A stretch of DNA of 64,000 nucleotides from Spirochaetia bacterium (GTDB lineage: Bacteria > Spirochaetota > Spirochaetia > DSM-16054 > Sediminispirochaetaceae). The stretch covers positions 352,001 through 416,000 of the forward strand of contig JAXHMY010000003.1 of the NCBI GenBank assembly GCA_034520965.1. The letters are read 5' to 3'. The position numbers and the translations under genes are program-made. Under the pieces are notes generated by a model. The model worked only from the letters and a program-made list of their open reading frames with translations, ran no database searches and was not told the DNA's origin. Shown piece by piece: positions 1 to 11,140 of the stretch; the first letter of the stretch is position 1, and each line of letters opens with the position of its first letter.

Positions 1-36
1 AATTGAGTAATAATTCCTAGAATAAGAGGTAGTTTA

Positions 37-1395
37 ATGGTAACACAGAAAGATGTGCAAAAACTTGAACATGCATCCGTAAAATTAACAATTACGGTCG
101 ACGGGACGGAAGCCCAGAAAAAATATGACGAATTGTTAAAGAAATATGCAAAAACAGCCCATATCAAAGGTTTTCGTAAGGGAAAGGTTCCACCAAAAAT
201 TCTCGAACAAAAATATGGCGAAGGGATAAAAGAGGAAGCCACAATCGAAATCCTGGACGAAGGCTTGAAAGAGGCCATTGAGGATGTTGAACAGAAGCCC
301 CTTCCCTACGCCCAGCCCCGTCTCGACGACGAAGAAAGCCTTAATTTAACTCTGGGTGAAGATTTCACCTTTTCGGTGATCTACGATGTATTTCCCGATA
401 TTGAAGTGGGTGAATACAAGGGCCTTGAAATTGAAGTGCCCGACGTAAAGGTGCTTAAGAAAGATGAAAAACGAGAGCTTGAAAATATCCAGGAGCAAAA
501 CTCCATGGTGGCCGAAAAGCAGGGCGGAGCGGTAGAAAAAGACGATATTGTAACCATTGACTACGTAGAGATTGATGAAGAGGGCAACGAAAAACCCGAC
601 ACCTCGCGCAGTGACTTTGTCTTCACCGTCGGCACCGGCTATAACATCTTCAAAATCGATGAAGATATCATCGGCATGCAGAAGGATGAAGAGAAGGTAA
701 TTGAAAAAGAGTTCCCCGAAGACTTCGAGCATGAAGAATATGCCGGCAAAAAGGTCCGCCTGAAGGTAAAGGTAAAAACCATCAAACAGAAGGATGTGCC
801 TGCACTGGACGACGAGCTTGCCCAGGATGTAAGTGATAAGTACGAAACCCTGGATGATCTAAAAAAAGACGTACGTGCACAACTGGAAGAGACCTTAAAT
901 CAGAAATTACGTGAAACAAAGATCGAAAAGCTTTTCGATCAAATTATAGAAAACTCAAAGGTTGATCCGCCGGAATCAATGATCGAAGCTGAGCTTGACA
1001 ACTCCTGGCAGCGGTTTATTCAGCAGTCCCGTATCGGAGAGGAGCAGGTACTGCAGATTTTACAAATGCAGGGCAAAACGAAAGAGGATATGATGGCTGA
1101 ATGGCGCCCCAATGCCAAACGCAGCCTAAAGTTCCAGCTGCTGGTAGAAAAAATCAGAGAGACCGAAGGCATAGAAGCCACTGATGAAGAGGCGTACGAG
1201 GAGCTCAAACAGCAGGCTGAACAGGCCGGCCAAAACTATGAGGAAGTAAAACAGCAATATGAACAAAATAACCTCATGGAGTACGTAAAAACCGATGTAC
1301 AGAATAGAAAACTCTTCGATTTTCTGCTCGAACAGTCGAAACTTAAGAAGGGTAAGAAAATAGATTACCTGGACTTTGTGCAAAATAATAATTAG
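37..1395 (+). CDS. tig: Trigger factor
   Basis: 452 aa; ribosome-binding motif [12 protein letters not shown]-like middle domain; canonical position before clpP-clpX-lon. Confidence 0.97.
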   Translation: MVTQKDVQKLEHASVKLTITVDGTEAQKKYDELLKKYAKTAHIKGFRKGKVPPKILEQKYGEGIKEEATIEILDEGLKEAIEDVEQKPLPYAQPRLDDEESLNLTLGEDFTFSVIYDVFPDIEVGEYKGLEIEVPDVKVLKKDEKRELENIQEQNSMVAEKQGGAVEKDDIVTIDYVEIDEEGNEKPDTSRSDFVFTVGTGYNIFKIDEDIIGMQKDEEKVIEKEFPEDFEHEEYAGKKVRLKVKVKTIKQKDVPALDDELAQDVSDKYETLDDLKKDVRAQLEETLNQKLRETKIEKLFDQIIENSKVDPPESMIEAELDNSWQRFIQQSRIGEEQVLQILQMQGKTKEDMMAEWRPNAKRSLKFQLLVEKIRETEGIEATDEEAYEELKQQAEQAGQNYEEVKQQYEQNNLMEYVKTDVQNRKLFDFLLEQSKLKKGKKIDYLDFVQNNN

Positions 1396-1433
1396 TTTAT
1401 AGGCAGAGTCTATATTCAAGAGGATACTTCAGT

Positions 1434-2051
1434 ATGAATGAACAGAGTAACACGCTTGTCCCCATCGTTGTTGAACAAACAGGTGCTGGAGAGCGTTCGT
1501 ACGACATTTACTCGCGTCTATTAAAAGATAGAATTGTCTTTATTGACGGAGAGATCATGGATCTAACCGCCGACTTAGTAGTAGCGCAGCTGCTTTTTCT
1601 CGAGTCCATCGATCCGGAACGTGATATAAGTATATATATCAACTCACCAGGCGGCAGTGTGACCGCCGGTCTGGCAATTTATGATACTATTCAGTACATT
1701 AAACCCGATATTCAAACTATCTGTATGGGACAAGCCGCTTCCATGGGAGCCCTTCTTTTAGCAAGCGGCACCGCCGGAAAACGCTTTGCCCTGCCAAGCG
1801 CACGAATACTGGTGCACCAGCCGTGGGGCGGTGCTCAGGGACAGGCAGTCGACATCGGCATCAGGGCCAAAGAGATTATCCGCCTTAAACAGTTGATTAT
1901 TGAGTATTTTGCCCAGCATACCGGTAAACCCCAGGATACCATTGCAAGAGACACAGAACGAGACTATTACATGTCCGCCCAGGAATCGATGGACTACGGA
2001 ATTGTCGATAACGTGTTAGTGAGGGATAAGAATGTCAAAGAACAAAAATGA
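1434..2051 (+). CDS. clpP: ATP-dependent Clp protease proteolytic subunit
   Basis: [29 protein letters not shown] (catalytic Ser), HQP motifs. Confidence 0.98.
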   Translation: MNEQSNTLVPIVVEQTGAGERSYDIYSRLLKDRIVFIDGEIMDLTADLVVAQLLFLESIDPERDISIYINSPGGSVTAGLAIYDTIQYIKPDIQTICMGQAASMGALLLASGTAGKRFALPSARILVHQPWGGAQGQAVDIGIRAKEIIRLKQLIIEYFAQHTGKPQDTIARDTERDYYMSAQESMDYGIVDNVLVRDKNVKEQK

Positions 2052-3273
2052 CGGAATGAAAGTATGTTCTTTCTGCGGAAAGAGCGCCGACCACGCCCGC
2101 CGTTTAATAGCCGGGCCGGGTGTGTATATTTGTGACGAATGTGTGCATGTGTGCAAGCGTATACTTGACGAGGAAGAACAAGTAGCCACCACCGAGTTTA
2201 TGGAAGACGTACCAACTCCCTTAGAGATAAAAGAGTATCTTGATGAGTACGTGATTGGGCAGGATCCTGCTAAAAGGGTACTTTCGGTGGCTGTGTACAA
2301 CCACTATAAGCGAATCGGACATAAGGAGCAGCTTGAAGACGGGGTTGAACTTGATAAGTCCAACGTACTTATCACCGGCCCTACGGGTACCGGAAAAACT
2401 CTGCTGGCAAAAACTCTAGCCCACAAGCTCAAAGTTCCCTTCGCCATTGCCGACGCAACTACCCTCACCGAGGCCGGTTATGTAGGTGAAGATGTCGAGA
2501 ACATCTTGCTCAAGCTGATCCAATCCGCCGGTAACAACATCGCTTCAGCGGAGCGCGGGATTATCTATATCGATGAAATCGATAAAATAGCCCGAAAATC
2601 GGAAAATGTCTCCATTACCCGGGATGTATCCGGCGAGGGAGTACAGCAGGCCCTGCTTAAAATCATCGAAGGCACCATTGCTTCGGTACCTCCCCAGGGC
2701 GGCCGCAAGCATCCTAACCAGGAGATGATAAAGGTGGATACCTCTAATATCCTTTTTATTGTCGGCGGAGCTTTTGTCGGCCTGGACCGTATTATCGAAG
2801 AGCGGACCAGTCAACACCCGATGGGTTTTGGTGCGGATATACGTGCCTCTAAAGAGAAAAATTTAGTAGAACTGTACAGCTACATGCATCCGGATGATCT
2901 TGTAAAATTCGGTTTGATTCCGGAGTTTATAGGACGACTGCCGATACACGTTACCCTAAACGAGCTGTCTAAAGAAGATCTCAAACGCATCATCACCGAA
3001 CCTAAAAACTCGGTAATTCGCCAATACCAAAGCTCCTTAAAAGTTGACGGTATTGAGCTGATTTTTGAAGATGATGCTATTGAAGCTATAGCTGAAAAGG
3101 CAATCGAACGCAGAACCGGAGCACGCGGTTTACGCTCTATCGTCGAGGGAATCATGATCGACATGATGTTTGAACTCCCCTCCATCGAAGGTGAGAAACA
3201 GGTAGTGGTAAAACGCAGTGTAATTGACGATTCCACAAAACCGGAGATTGTCTACAAAAAGAAATCTGCATGA
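2032..3273 (+). CDS. clpX: ATP-dependent Clp protease ATP-binding subunit
   Basis: N-terminal CSFC...CDEC zinc finger, Walker [29 protein letters not shown]. Confidence 0.98.
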   Translation: MSKNKNDGMKVCSFCGKSADHARRLIAGPGVYICDECVHVCKRILDEEEQVATTEFMEDVPTPLEIKEYLDEYVIGQDPAKRVLSVAVYNHYKRIGHKEQLEDGVELDKSNVLITGPTGTGKTLLAKTLAHKLKVPFAIADATTLTEAGYVGEDVENILLKLIQSAGNNIASAERGIIYIDEIDKIARKSENVSITRDVSGEGVQQALLKIIEGTIASVPPQGGRKHPNQEMIKVDTSNILFIVGGAFVGLDRIIEERTSQHPMGFGADIRASKEKNLVELYSYMHPDDLVKFGLIPEFIGRLPIHVTLNELSKEDLKRIITEPKNSVIRQYQSSLKVDGIELIFEDDAIEAIAEKAIERRTGARGLRSIVEGIMIDMMFELPSIEGEKQVVVKRSVIDDSTKPEIVYKKKSA

Positions 3274-5657
3274 AATTACCTGCACTTCCAAAGAGCGCCA
3301 AACGAGAGCTCCCTCTAATACCTATGAGGGAGCTTGTTGTGTTCCCCCATATGGTGGTCCCCTTCTTCGCGGGAAATCCGGAATCGGTAAAGGCGATTGA
3401 AGAGAGCATGAACCACGATCGCCAGGTGTTTCTAGTCTGTCAGAAGGGCGAGTCGGAAAACCCCGGCCGCGATGATATGTACCAGGCCGGAACAATCAGT
3501 AAGGTCCTTCAGATGCTCAAACTTCCCGACGGCACTACCCGCGTGCTGGCCGAAGGCCGTCAGCGAGCGTGGATGAAAAAATACGACGACCGCGAAGGGT
3601 ACCGTAAGGCTACTGTTATACCCTTCGAAGAGAGCCGCGAGGCGGATGGAAGCTTGCAACCTCTCATCACAACCATCAAAAGCGCCTTTGAAAATTACAC
3701 CAAACTTCAAAAGAAAGTGCCCCAGGAAACCATAGACTCCATCAATAAGACCGAAAACCCCAATAAACTGGCCGATTTGATTTCCGCCAACTCCAGTCTA
3801 AAACCGGATAAGAAGGTCGAGATTTTAGGTATTGGCGATGTACGCAAACGACTGGAAACTTTAGCCGTTCACATAGAGGCGGAAAGTGAAGTCGTTTCTC
3901 TGCAAAACAAAATTAACGGCCGAGTCAAGAAGAAGATGGAGCAGAGCCAAAAAGAATACTATCTCAACGAGCAGCTCCGCCAGATCAATAAAGAGCTCGG
4001 TAAAGATGAAGAGGATACCAGCGGCTCTAATGAGCTCATTGAACGGATAAAGGCCAAAAATCCGCCCCAAGAAGCCCTTGAAAAAGCAGAAAAAGAGGCT
4101 AAGCGCCTCTCGCGTCTGCAGCCTATGTCACCCGAATCGGGAGTGCTGCGTACCTATCTTGAATGGCTGGCCGACCTTCCATGGAGCAACAAGAGCGAGG
4201 ATAATCGTGACATAAACCGAGCCGAGGAAATTCTCAACGAAGACCATTACGATATGCAGAAGCCCAAAGAGCGGGTGTTGGATTTTCTCGCGGTCAGACA
4301 GCTGCAGGATAAGGCCAAGGGGCCGATCCTCTGTTTTGTAGGCCCCCCGGGAACCGGTAAAACGAGTCTCGGCCGTTCAGTTGCCCGGGCAATCAGCCGG
4401 GAGTTCATACGGGTCTCCCTGGGCGGCGTTCGCGACGAAGCTGAAATCCGCGGTCACCGCAAAACCTATGTAGGTGCATTGCCCGGCAAGATAATCCAGT
4501 CGCTCCGGAAGGCCGGAACGATCAATCCGGTTTTTCTGCTTGATGAAATAGACAAACTGAGCAATGACTTTCGCGGCGACCCGGCCTCAGCCCTGTTGGA
4601 GGTACTCGACCCCGAGCAAAACTCCACCTTCATGGACCACTATCTGGAAGTCGCCTATGACCTGTCCCATATAATGTTTATCACTACGGCCAATTCGGTC
4701 CACTCTATTCCACCGGCCCTTCGCGACCGAACCGAGATAATAGAAATACCCGGCTATACCGACCTCGAGAAAGAACAAATAGCCCGACAGTTTATTATCC
4801 CAAAACAGCTCCGTGAAAACGGACTCGCCTGGGCGGACGTTCAATTCCAAAAACCGGCCATTCTAGCGGTAATACGCAGCTATACCATGGAATCGGGTGT
4901 ACGAAACCTGGAGCGGCAAATTGCGGCCATCATCCGTAAAATTGCCCGGGAGGCGGTAAAAGAGGGGTATCTTCCCACTGAAGAAAACCCTGAGCCGGAG
5001 TTTAAGGTAGTGGTGGCTGAAAAAAGCCTCAAAAAATATCTCGGACCGGCACCCTTTGAGCAAGACCTGGTATACAGAGCACCCTCTCCGGGAATGGCCC
5101 ACGGATTGGCCTGGACCGAGATGGGAGGGAAAATGCTCCCGGTGGAAGTCTCTCTTCTGCCCGGCGAGGGCAAGCTTATTCTTACCGGCAGTCTTGGGGA
5201 CGTAATGAAAGAGAGTGCCCAGCTTGCCCTAAGCTTTATCCGCTCCCATACCGACCAATTTAACCTTGCTGAAGATTTTCAGAAGGACACCGATATCCAC
5301 ATCCATGTACCCCAAGGGGCCATACCAAAGGACGGCCCCTCCGCCGGAATCACTCTAACCGCAGCCATGGTCTCGGCTTTGACCACTCGTTCGATTCGTC
5401 CCTGTACCGCCATGACCGGCGAGATAACATTGACAGGACGGATTCTACCCATTGGAGGGGTAAAAGAGAAGGTACTGGCCGCCTATCGAAACCAGCTTGA
5501 GGCGGTACTGATGCCGGAAGAAAACCGAAAGGATACCGAGGAGCTGCCGAAGGAGGTGAAAGCACAGATAGAATTTCACTTCGCCTCTACAGTAGAGGAG
5601 GCACTTGAATTTCTGTTTTCACAATCGGATAGTAGGAATAGCGAAAACAGGCAATAG
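3270..5657 (+). CDS. lon: Lon protease (endopeptidase La)
   Basis: GPPGTGKTS Walker [16 protein letters not shown] catalytic Ser motif, KEK. Confidence 0.98.
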   Translation: MKLPALPKSAKRELPLIPMRELVVFPHMVVPFFAGNPESVKAIEESMNHDRQVFLVCQKGESENPGRDDMYQAGTISKVLQMLKLPDGTTRVLAEGRQRAWMKKYDDREGYRKATVIPFEESREADGSLQPLITTIKSAFENYTKLQKKVPQETIDSINKTENPNKLADLISANSSLKPDKKVEILGIGDVRKRLETLAVHIEAESEVVSLQNKINGRVKKKMEQSQKEYYLNEQLRQINKELGKDEEDTSGSNELIERIKAKNPPQEALEKAEKEAKRLSRLQPMSPESGVLRTYLEWLADLPWSNKSEDNRDINRAEEILNEDHYDMQKPKERVLDFLAVRQLQDKAKGPILCFVGPPGTGKTSLGRSVARAISREFIRVSLGGVRDEAEIRGHRKTYVGALPGKIIQSLRKAGTINPVFLLDEIDKLSNDFRGDPASALLEVLDPEQNSTFMDHYLEVAYDLSHIMFITTANSVHSIPPALRDRTEIIEIPGYTDLEKEQIARQFIIPKQLRENGLAWADVQFQKPAILAVIRSYTMESGVRNLERQIAAIIRKIAREAVKEGYLPTEENPEPEFKVVVAEKSLKKYLGPAPFEQDLVYRAPSPGMAHGLAWTEMGGKMLPVEVSLLPGEGKLILTGSLGDVMKESAQLALSFIRSHTDQFNLAEDFQKDTDIHIHVPQGAIPKDGPSAGITLTAAMVSALTTRSIRPCTAMTGEITLTGRILPIGGVKEKVLAAYRNQLEAVLMPEENRKDTEELPKEVKAQIEFHFASTVEEALEFLFSQSDSRNSENRQ

Positions 5658-5758
5658 AGCAGCACTACGCGGCATGTGAAACTAATTCTAAAAATTACTT
5701 GATTTGGCATACCACTACCGCTATAATTGAACTGAGATTGGAACAGAAGGAGGCTCTT

Positions 5759-6172
5759 TTGAAACGAAGGGTAATTTTACTAACACTACTTATTCTTATA
5801 CTGCTAGGCGGCTTTGCATATGCCGAACAATCCAACTATTACGTAAAGTCTGTTCCTATCGCCAAGGTATACATGCACAGTCTTGGATACAGAATTGTAT
5901 ATCAAAAAAGCGATCTTAACTTCGGTGTGTTTTACGTACCTGAGCAATGGTTTGATATGCCGGCGGACAGAGAACAGGACCCAAAGGCTGAGCTTATCAT
6001 GGCGCGTAATCAGGCCTATCCTTACTTCTCTATCTTCTGGGAGGCAGGCGAGTTCAGTCATATAAGGCTGTATCTGCACAAAAATTTAAGCCATTTATCT
6101 TATGGCGATTTAGAAAACCCGGAAAACTTCGACGACCAGTTTAATATCGAAACCCTGTCGATAGAGTTCTAA
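5759..6172 (+). CDS. Hypothetical exported protein
   Basis: GGAGG RBS before TTG at 5759; signal-peptide-like N-terminus KRRVILLTLLILILLGGFAYA. Confidence 0.75.
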   Translation: MKRRVILLTLLILILLGGFAYAEQSNYYVKSVPIAKVYMHSLGYRIVYQKSDLNFGVFYVPEQWFDMPADREQDPKAELIMARNQAYPYFSIFWEAGEFSHIRLYLHKNLSHLSYGDLENPENFDDQFNIETLSIEF

Positions 6173-6243
6173 GACCGACACAGCATCAGAGTCCCAACAT
6201 CCTCAAGTTGCACTGCCCCTTTGGGGCGGAATAAGAGAAAATT

Positions 6244-7227
6244 ATGACCACAATACCACAGCATATTTTAGACGCCCTCGAAGGGTGGAACGAATATATC
6301 CTCATTGGCCACCGTGAACCCGATGGGGATTGCACCAGTTCGGGGCTCGCCCTCAGTAGGTTTTTAGAACGCAGGGGAAAAAGCTGCCATTTAGTTTCGC
6401 CCGGCCCGTTCCAGCGCCCGGAACTTGAAACTTTAAGCCCCCACTTCGCCGCCCATGTGCCGAAAGATATTAATCGGGAGAACACCGCGGTAATCATTTT
6501 AGATTGTTCAACCCTAGAAAGAATCGATTATCTGGCTGAAGAAATTGAAGGGCTTCCGGTAATAGTTATCGACCACCACTCCTCGGGTAATTCCTTTGGC
6601 GACCATCGCTTCATCGACGATACCGCGCCCTCGGTTACCTTCATGATACTCCATATCATTGAAGCCGCAGGCTTCAAACCGACCGAAGAAGAGGCCCAGA
6701 CTCTCCTATTCGGCTTAGCTACAGACACCGGATTTTTCCGGCACCTCGGAGCCCATACCCCCGAAACCTTCGAGGCGGTTGCACGGCTGACCGCCGCCGG
6801 TGCAAATCCAAACCAGATTCATCGCCAAATGTATGGAGGCCGCCCCTTGGCTTCAAAACAGCTGCTGGGCCTATTGATGCACAGAGCCCGTGCATATGCC
6901 GATGGCAAAGTCCTAATAAGCTATGAAACCCTTGAAGAACAACAGCAGTTCGGAATTGAAAACCGTGATTCCGACAGCTTGTACCAGCAACTGCAGAGTA
7001 TCGAGGGCTGTGAAGCAGTCGCTTTGATCCGCGAAGAGAAACCTGGGGAATGTTCCATCGGATTACGCTCTAACTTTTTTGTCGATGTAGGTAAAATCGC
7101 CCTCGAGCTTGGCGGCGGCGGCCACGCCCGCGCAGCCGGACTTAGCTGGCAGGGAAGCCGCCAGAGCGCCCAAGAACATATACGAAACGCCCTTGAAGCA
7201 GCTGTACATGCTGTTACTAATGAATAA
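6244..7227 (+). CDS. nrnA: DHH family phosphoesterase (NrnA-like oligoribonuclease/PAP phosphatase)
   Basis: GHREPDGD, LDC, IDHH, TDTG and GGGGH motifs of DHH/DHHA1. Confidence 0.9.
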   Translation: MTTIPQHILDALEGWNEYILIGHREPDGDCTSSGLALSRFLERRGKSCHLVSPGPFQRPELETLSPHFAAHVPKDINRENTAVIILDCSTLERIDYLAEEIEGLPVIVIDHHSSGNSFGDHRFIDDTAPSVTFMILHIIEAAGFKPTEEEAQTLLFGLATDTGFFRHLGAHTPETFEAVARLTAAGANPNQIHRQMYGGRPLASKQLLGLLMHRARAYADGKVLISYETLEEQQQFGIENRDSDSLYQQLQSIEGCEAVALIREEKPGECSIGLRSNFFVDVGKIALELGGGGHARAAGLSWQGSRQSAQEHIRNALEAAVHAVTNE

Positions 7228-7401
7228 AACCACCGTACTTCTGCACGATTTTTATTAATTCTTATTTTTTTAAGCCTCTTCAAAAGTGGTAGCTCCCAAT
7301 ATAATTATATTTACTTTAGTTACATCGGCAATTGAATTGTAAATAAATGTAAATTCGCCCTTTTAGAACCTCCATTTGATCGCCTTTACCCTAGCCCAGT
7401 T

Positions 7402-7417
7402 TGGCACAGAATTTGCA
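7402..7417 (+). promoter_or_regulatory. sigma54 (-24/-12) promoter
   Basis: TGGCAC-AGAAT-TTGCA matches TGGCAC-N5-TTGCW exactly, about 45 bp before the ATG at 7462. Confidence 0.8.
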
Positions 7418-7461
7418 ACCACATACTCCCACGTCATTACATATAACAAGGAGGGGTGAGT

Positions 7462-8301
7462 ATGTATGCATCACAACTTACTGCACTAGTTATGGAGGGG
7501 CAGCGCGACCCCTCACAAATTCAAAAGGCGGAATGGGCGGTTGCCTGCTGGATATATAAGGAGCTGAACAGGAAGTTTCAACTTGATCCGGATGAGGCGG
7601 GAAACTTTTTTTGTGACTTTTATCCAAAAATCCGTAAACTTATTCTGCAGTTTGAGAATCGCGGATATCCCTTCGAGGCCTATCTGTATACTACTTTGCG
7701 GTGGCAGGTGTTAAGCTATAAAAAGAAGCTAGGCCGCGAGCGACTTCAACGTCAACTCTTCACCTTCGAACCCTTTTGGGATGTTCATCAGGAGGAACCG
7801 CTTTATTCGGAATACTCTCCCTCGTACCTACCGAAGGAACCGCATAACTCTTTCACTACCTTCCGTAAGCGCCTCATCTACGTTGCCCTTCGGGAATCGG
7901 AATATCTCGATCACAGCCTGATCGAGGCAATCGTCCAGTATACACACATCGATCGACGGTGGTTTTTAAACTGCGTCATGGCTTTGCGCCGTAAAGTCGA
8001 AGACCGCAAGCAGCGCCTGGAGAGGGCTCGACTATACCACAACACCTGTTTTTACCGTTACTACATCATTCAGCTGCAGATTCAAAACTGTAACTCTCCG
8101 GCTCAAGTCCGGCTCTACCATCGCGAGCTTCTAAAGGTGCGCCGCCGTTTACGCAGGGTCTCACTGCAGTTGCAGAAAATACATGTCCACCCCACCAATC
8201 GAGAAATAGCGGAGGTACTCAACATCCCAAAGGGATCGATAGATTCAGGAATCTATTATGTGCTTGAAAGGGACAGCCATGAACAGCAATCGGCCGCCTA
8301 A
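7462..8301 (+). CDS. Divergent sigma-70-like factor / HTH regulator
   Basis: AAGGAGG RBS; region-2-like FENRGYPFEAYL and C-terminal region-4-like HTH TNREIAEVLNIPKGSIDSGI. Confidence 0.6.
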   Translation: MYASQLTALVMEGQRDPSQIQKAEWAVACWIYKELNRKFQLDPDEAGNFFCDFYPKIRKLILQFENRGYPFEAYLYTTLRWQVLSYKKKLGRERLQRQLFTFEPFWDVHQEEPLYSEYSPSYLPKEPHNSFTTFRKRLIYVALRESEYLDHSLIEAIVQYTHIDRRWFLNCVMALRRKVEDRKQRLERARLYHNTCFYRYYIIQLQIQNCNSPAQVRLYHRELLKVRRRLRRVSLQLQKIHVHPTNREIAEVLNIPKGSIDSGIYYVLERDSHEQQSAA

Positions 8302-8323
8302 ATTTAAAAGGTGGACGGCAGCG

Positions 8324-8363
8324 ATTCTGAATTTGGAAGTCTTTTGACTTCCAAATTCAGAAT
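8324..8363. repeat. Perfect 18-bp-stem palindrome (REP-like)
   Basis: ATTCTGAATTTGGAAGTC-TTTT-GACTTCCAAATTCAGAAT. Confidence 0.9.
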
Positions 8364-8411
8364 TCGCATCAGTTTCTTTGCAAAATTTTATATATCTCAA
8401 CCTTTGGAGGT

Positions 8412-8454
8412 ATTCTCAGTTTGGATAGTGCAATGCACTATCCAAACTGAGAAT
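8412..8454. repeat. Perfect 21-bp-arm palindrome related to the previous one
   Basis: ATTCTCAGTTTGGATAGTGCA-A-TGCACTATCCAAACTGAGAAT. Confidence 0.9.
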
Positions 8455-8496
8455 TTCTGTGTGGACGCAGGCCAGGCTTTTCATTATGCTGTCGGT

Positions 8497-9099
8497 ATGG
8501 AAATTTTGGTAGCAACGGAAAACACACATAAGTTAAAAGAGCTGTCCGCAATTTTTGCCGGCCACACTCTTCTCACCCCCCACGAGAGGGACATTGATTA
8601 CTACTTTGAAGAGACCGGCGAGACCTTTCTGGCCAACGCCCAGGGTAAAGCCCTGGCCCTTTTCGAGAAAGTCCGTTTGGAACAGGCCCTCACACCGGTT
8701 ATCGCCGACGATTCAGGCCTGGTAGTGCCCGCCCTCGGCGGAGAACCGGGGGTTTACAGCGCCCGCTACGGCTCGCCTGCAGGCGGCCCGAATTTAGATA
8801 CCCCGGATCGCAACCGCTACCTGCTCGACAAAATGGAGGGGCTTACCGACCGTCGCTCCTTCTTTGTCTGCTGCATGGTACTTGTGCTCACCCCGGAGCG
8901 TTTCTTCGTGGCCCAGGAAACCCTGCCCGGGAGTATCATCAGCGAGCCTCGTGGAAACCACGGCTTTGGCTACGACCCGCTGTTCTATCTCAACGAATAC
9001 GGACAAACCGTCGCCGAACTCCCGGAAGCGGAAAAAAATAAAATCAGCCACCGCGGCCGGGCAGGTATACGCCTCCGCGCCGTACTGGACTCACTCTAA
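8497..9099 (+). CDS. rdgB: Non-canonical purine NTP pyrophosphatase (Ham1 family)
   Basis: ATENTHK, ADDSGL, PGVYSARY, GFGYDPLF, KNKISHR; start at ATG 8497 rather than 8311. Confidence 0.95.
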   Translation: MEILVATENTHKLKELSAIFAGHTLLTPHERDIDYYFEETGETFLANAQGKALALFEKVRLEQALTPVIADDSGLVVPALGGEPGVYSARYGSPAGGPNLDTPDRNRYLLDKMEGLTDRRSFFVCCMVLVLTPERFFVAQETLPGSIISEPRGNHGFGYDPLFYLNEYGQTVAELPEAEKNKISHRGRAGIRLRAVLDSL

Positions 9100-9109
9100 T
9101 AACAAGGTC

Positions 9110-9167
9110 AAAAACAACGCCGAAAACAATTAAAGGATAAAAACAACGCCGAAAACAATTAAAGGAT
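9110..9167 (+). repeat. 29-bp tandem duplication over the pepF ribosome-binding region
   Basis: AAAAACAACGCCGAAAACAATTAAAGGAT x2 directly before AAAAACATG. Confidence 0.9.
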
Positions 9168-9173
9168 AAAAAC

Positions 9174-10990
9174 ATGCCGGAAAAACAGTCGGAAAACCCC
9201 AATCGCATCCCCGAGCGCCACGAAGTCCCCGACGAATACAAGTGGGACCTCTCCAAACTCTACCCCTCAAACAAGGAGTGGGAGCAGGGCCTCAAGGACC
9301 TAGAGCAGCGAATCGAAGGGGTGCAGCAGTTCCAGGGCAGCCTCGACCGCTCGGTGGCCCAGATCAAGCAGTGCCTCGAATACTTCAACGACACCGAAAT
9401 GCTGGAAGAGCGGCTGGGCTACTATGCCCACCTGCGAACCACCGAGGACGTGGGCAGCAGCGCCCACCAGGAGCGCTTCGCCCGCTACATGCAGGTAGCC
9501 ACCCGGCTCTCCGCGGCCACCAGCTATTTCACCCCAGAAATCCAGTCCATTCCCGAACAGACCATGCAGCAGTACCTGGCCGCCCCGGAGCTGGAAGACT
9601 ATAAAATCATGTTGGAAAAACTCCTGCGCTTCAAGGACCACGTGCTCTCCCAGAAAGAGGAAAAACTGCTGGCCCTGCAGGCCGAAGCACGTCAGACCCC
9701 GGAAAAGGCCTTCTCCGCCCTGACAAACGTGGATTTCGACTTTGGCCACATCGACACCCCCGATGGCCCCAAACCCCTCAGTCAGTCGACCTTCAGCTCC
9801 TTTATGATCAACCCCTCCCGCCAGGTGCGCCAGTCCGCCTACGAGCGGCTCTACCAAGTTTACGGCGACCATGTAAACAGCTTAGCCGCTCTGTATGACG
9901 GCAGCGTGCAGGACGATATCTACCGCTCCCGGGTGCGCGGCTACGACTCGGCCCGGCAGATGGCCCTTTTCCCGGACAAAGTTCCCGAGAGCGTTTACGA
10001 CAACCTTATCTCCGTGGTCCACGAAAACCTGCCCAGCCTGCACCGCTACTACGAGCTGCGCCGCAAGGCCCTGGGGCTTGAAAAACTGGCCCACTACGAC
10101 GTCTACGTGCCCATCGTGGGCGAGGTACAAACCAACTACCCCTACGAGCAGGCCGTGGACACCGTCACCGAGGCTCTGCATCCCCTGGGCGAGGAGTACC
10201 AAAACACCCTCAGACAGGGGCTCCTGGGCGGCTGGGTCGACCGCTACGAAAACCGGGGCAAGCGCTCCGGAGCCTTTTCCGCCGGCAGCTACGTAGGCGA
10301 CCCCTACATTCTGCTCAATTACCAGCCCACGGTCCTGCGCGACGTGTTTACCCTGGCCCACGAAGGGGGCCACTCCATGCACTCCTACTACAGCGCCCGC
10401 AACAACCCCTTCGCCCACTACAACTACACCATCTTCGAGGCGGAGGTCGCCTCTACCTTCAACGAGCAGCTCCTGGCCGAGCACCTGCTGGCCCATGCGG
10501 ACAATCCCAAAATGCAGGCCTACATCACCAACAAGCTGGTCGACGACTTTGTGGCCACCATTTCCGGCAGACCATGTTCGCCGAGTTCGAACACAGCGCC
10601 CACCACATGGTAGAGACCGGCCGCCCCCTCACCGTCGACTCCCTCCGCGCCGCCTACCGCGAACTGCTCCGCCGCTACTTCGGCCCCAAAGTCGACCTGC
10701 CCGAAGCCGCCGACATCGAATGCCTGCGCATCCCCCACTTCTACCGGGCCTACTACGTGTACAAATACGCCACCGGCCTCTCCGCCGCCGTTACCCTGGC
10801 CGCCCGTGTCCAAACCGGCGGCCCCCAGGAACGCCGCGACTACCTCGCCTTCCTCAAATCCGGCGGCAGCCGCTACCCCCTGGAATCGCTCCAGCTGGCC
10901 GGGGTCGACATGAGCTCCCCCGAGCCCATTCGCAGCGCCATGGAAAACTTCAACCGCCGCCTCCACCAGCTCGAGCAGCTTATTCTTTAA
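9174..10990 (+). CDS. pepF: Oligoendopeptidase F (frameshift near 10562)
   Basis: WDLSKLY, GKRSGAFS, TLAHEGGHSMH zinc motif, AEVAST; second frame continues FRQTMFAEFE...IPHFY; one T missing from a T run. Confidence 0.93.
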
Positions 10991-11070
10991 TAAGCCCCGC
11001 CACCAGGCTCTTATTCTAGGAAATCTGCAGAGGGTCAGGGGCCGCCCCCAACCCGTCAGTCCCTCCGGTC

Positions 11071-11096
11071 CCCGGGCACTTTTACAAGTGCCCGGG
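11071..11096. terminator. Hairpin between convergent genes
   Basis: CCCGGGCACTT-TTAC-AAGTGCCCGGG; no long U tract. Confidence 0.5.
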
Positions 11097-11140
11097 AGCC
11101 GTGATCAGCCGCCGGCCCAGCGCCTCAGGCCGTAACAGCC

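Noticed and set aside
8311..8496. N-terminal extension of rdgB
   Set aside because: Runs through two palindromes; family homology starts at MEILVAT (8497)
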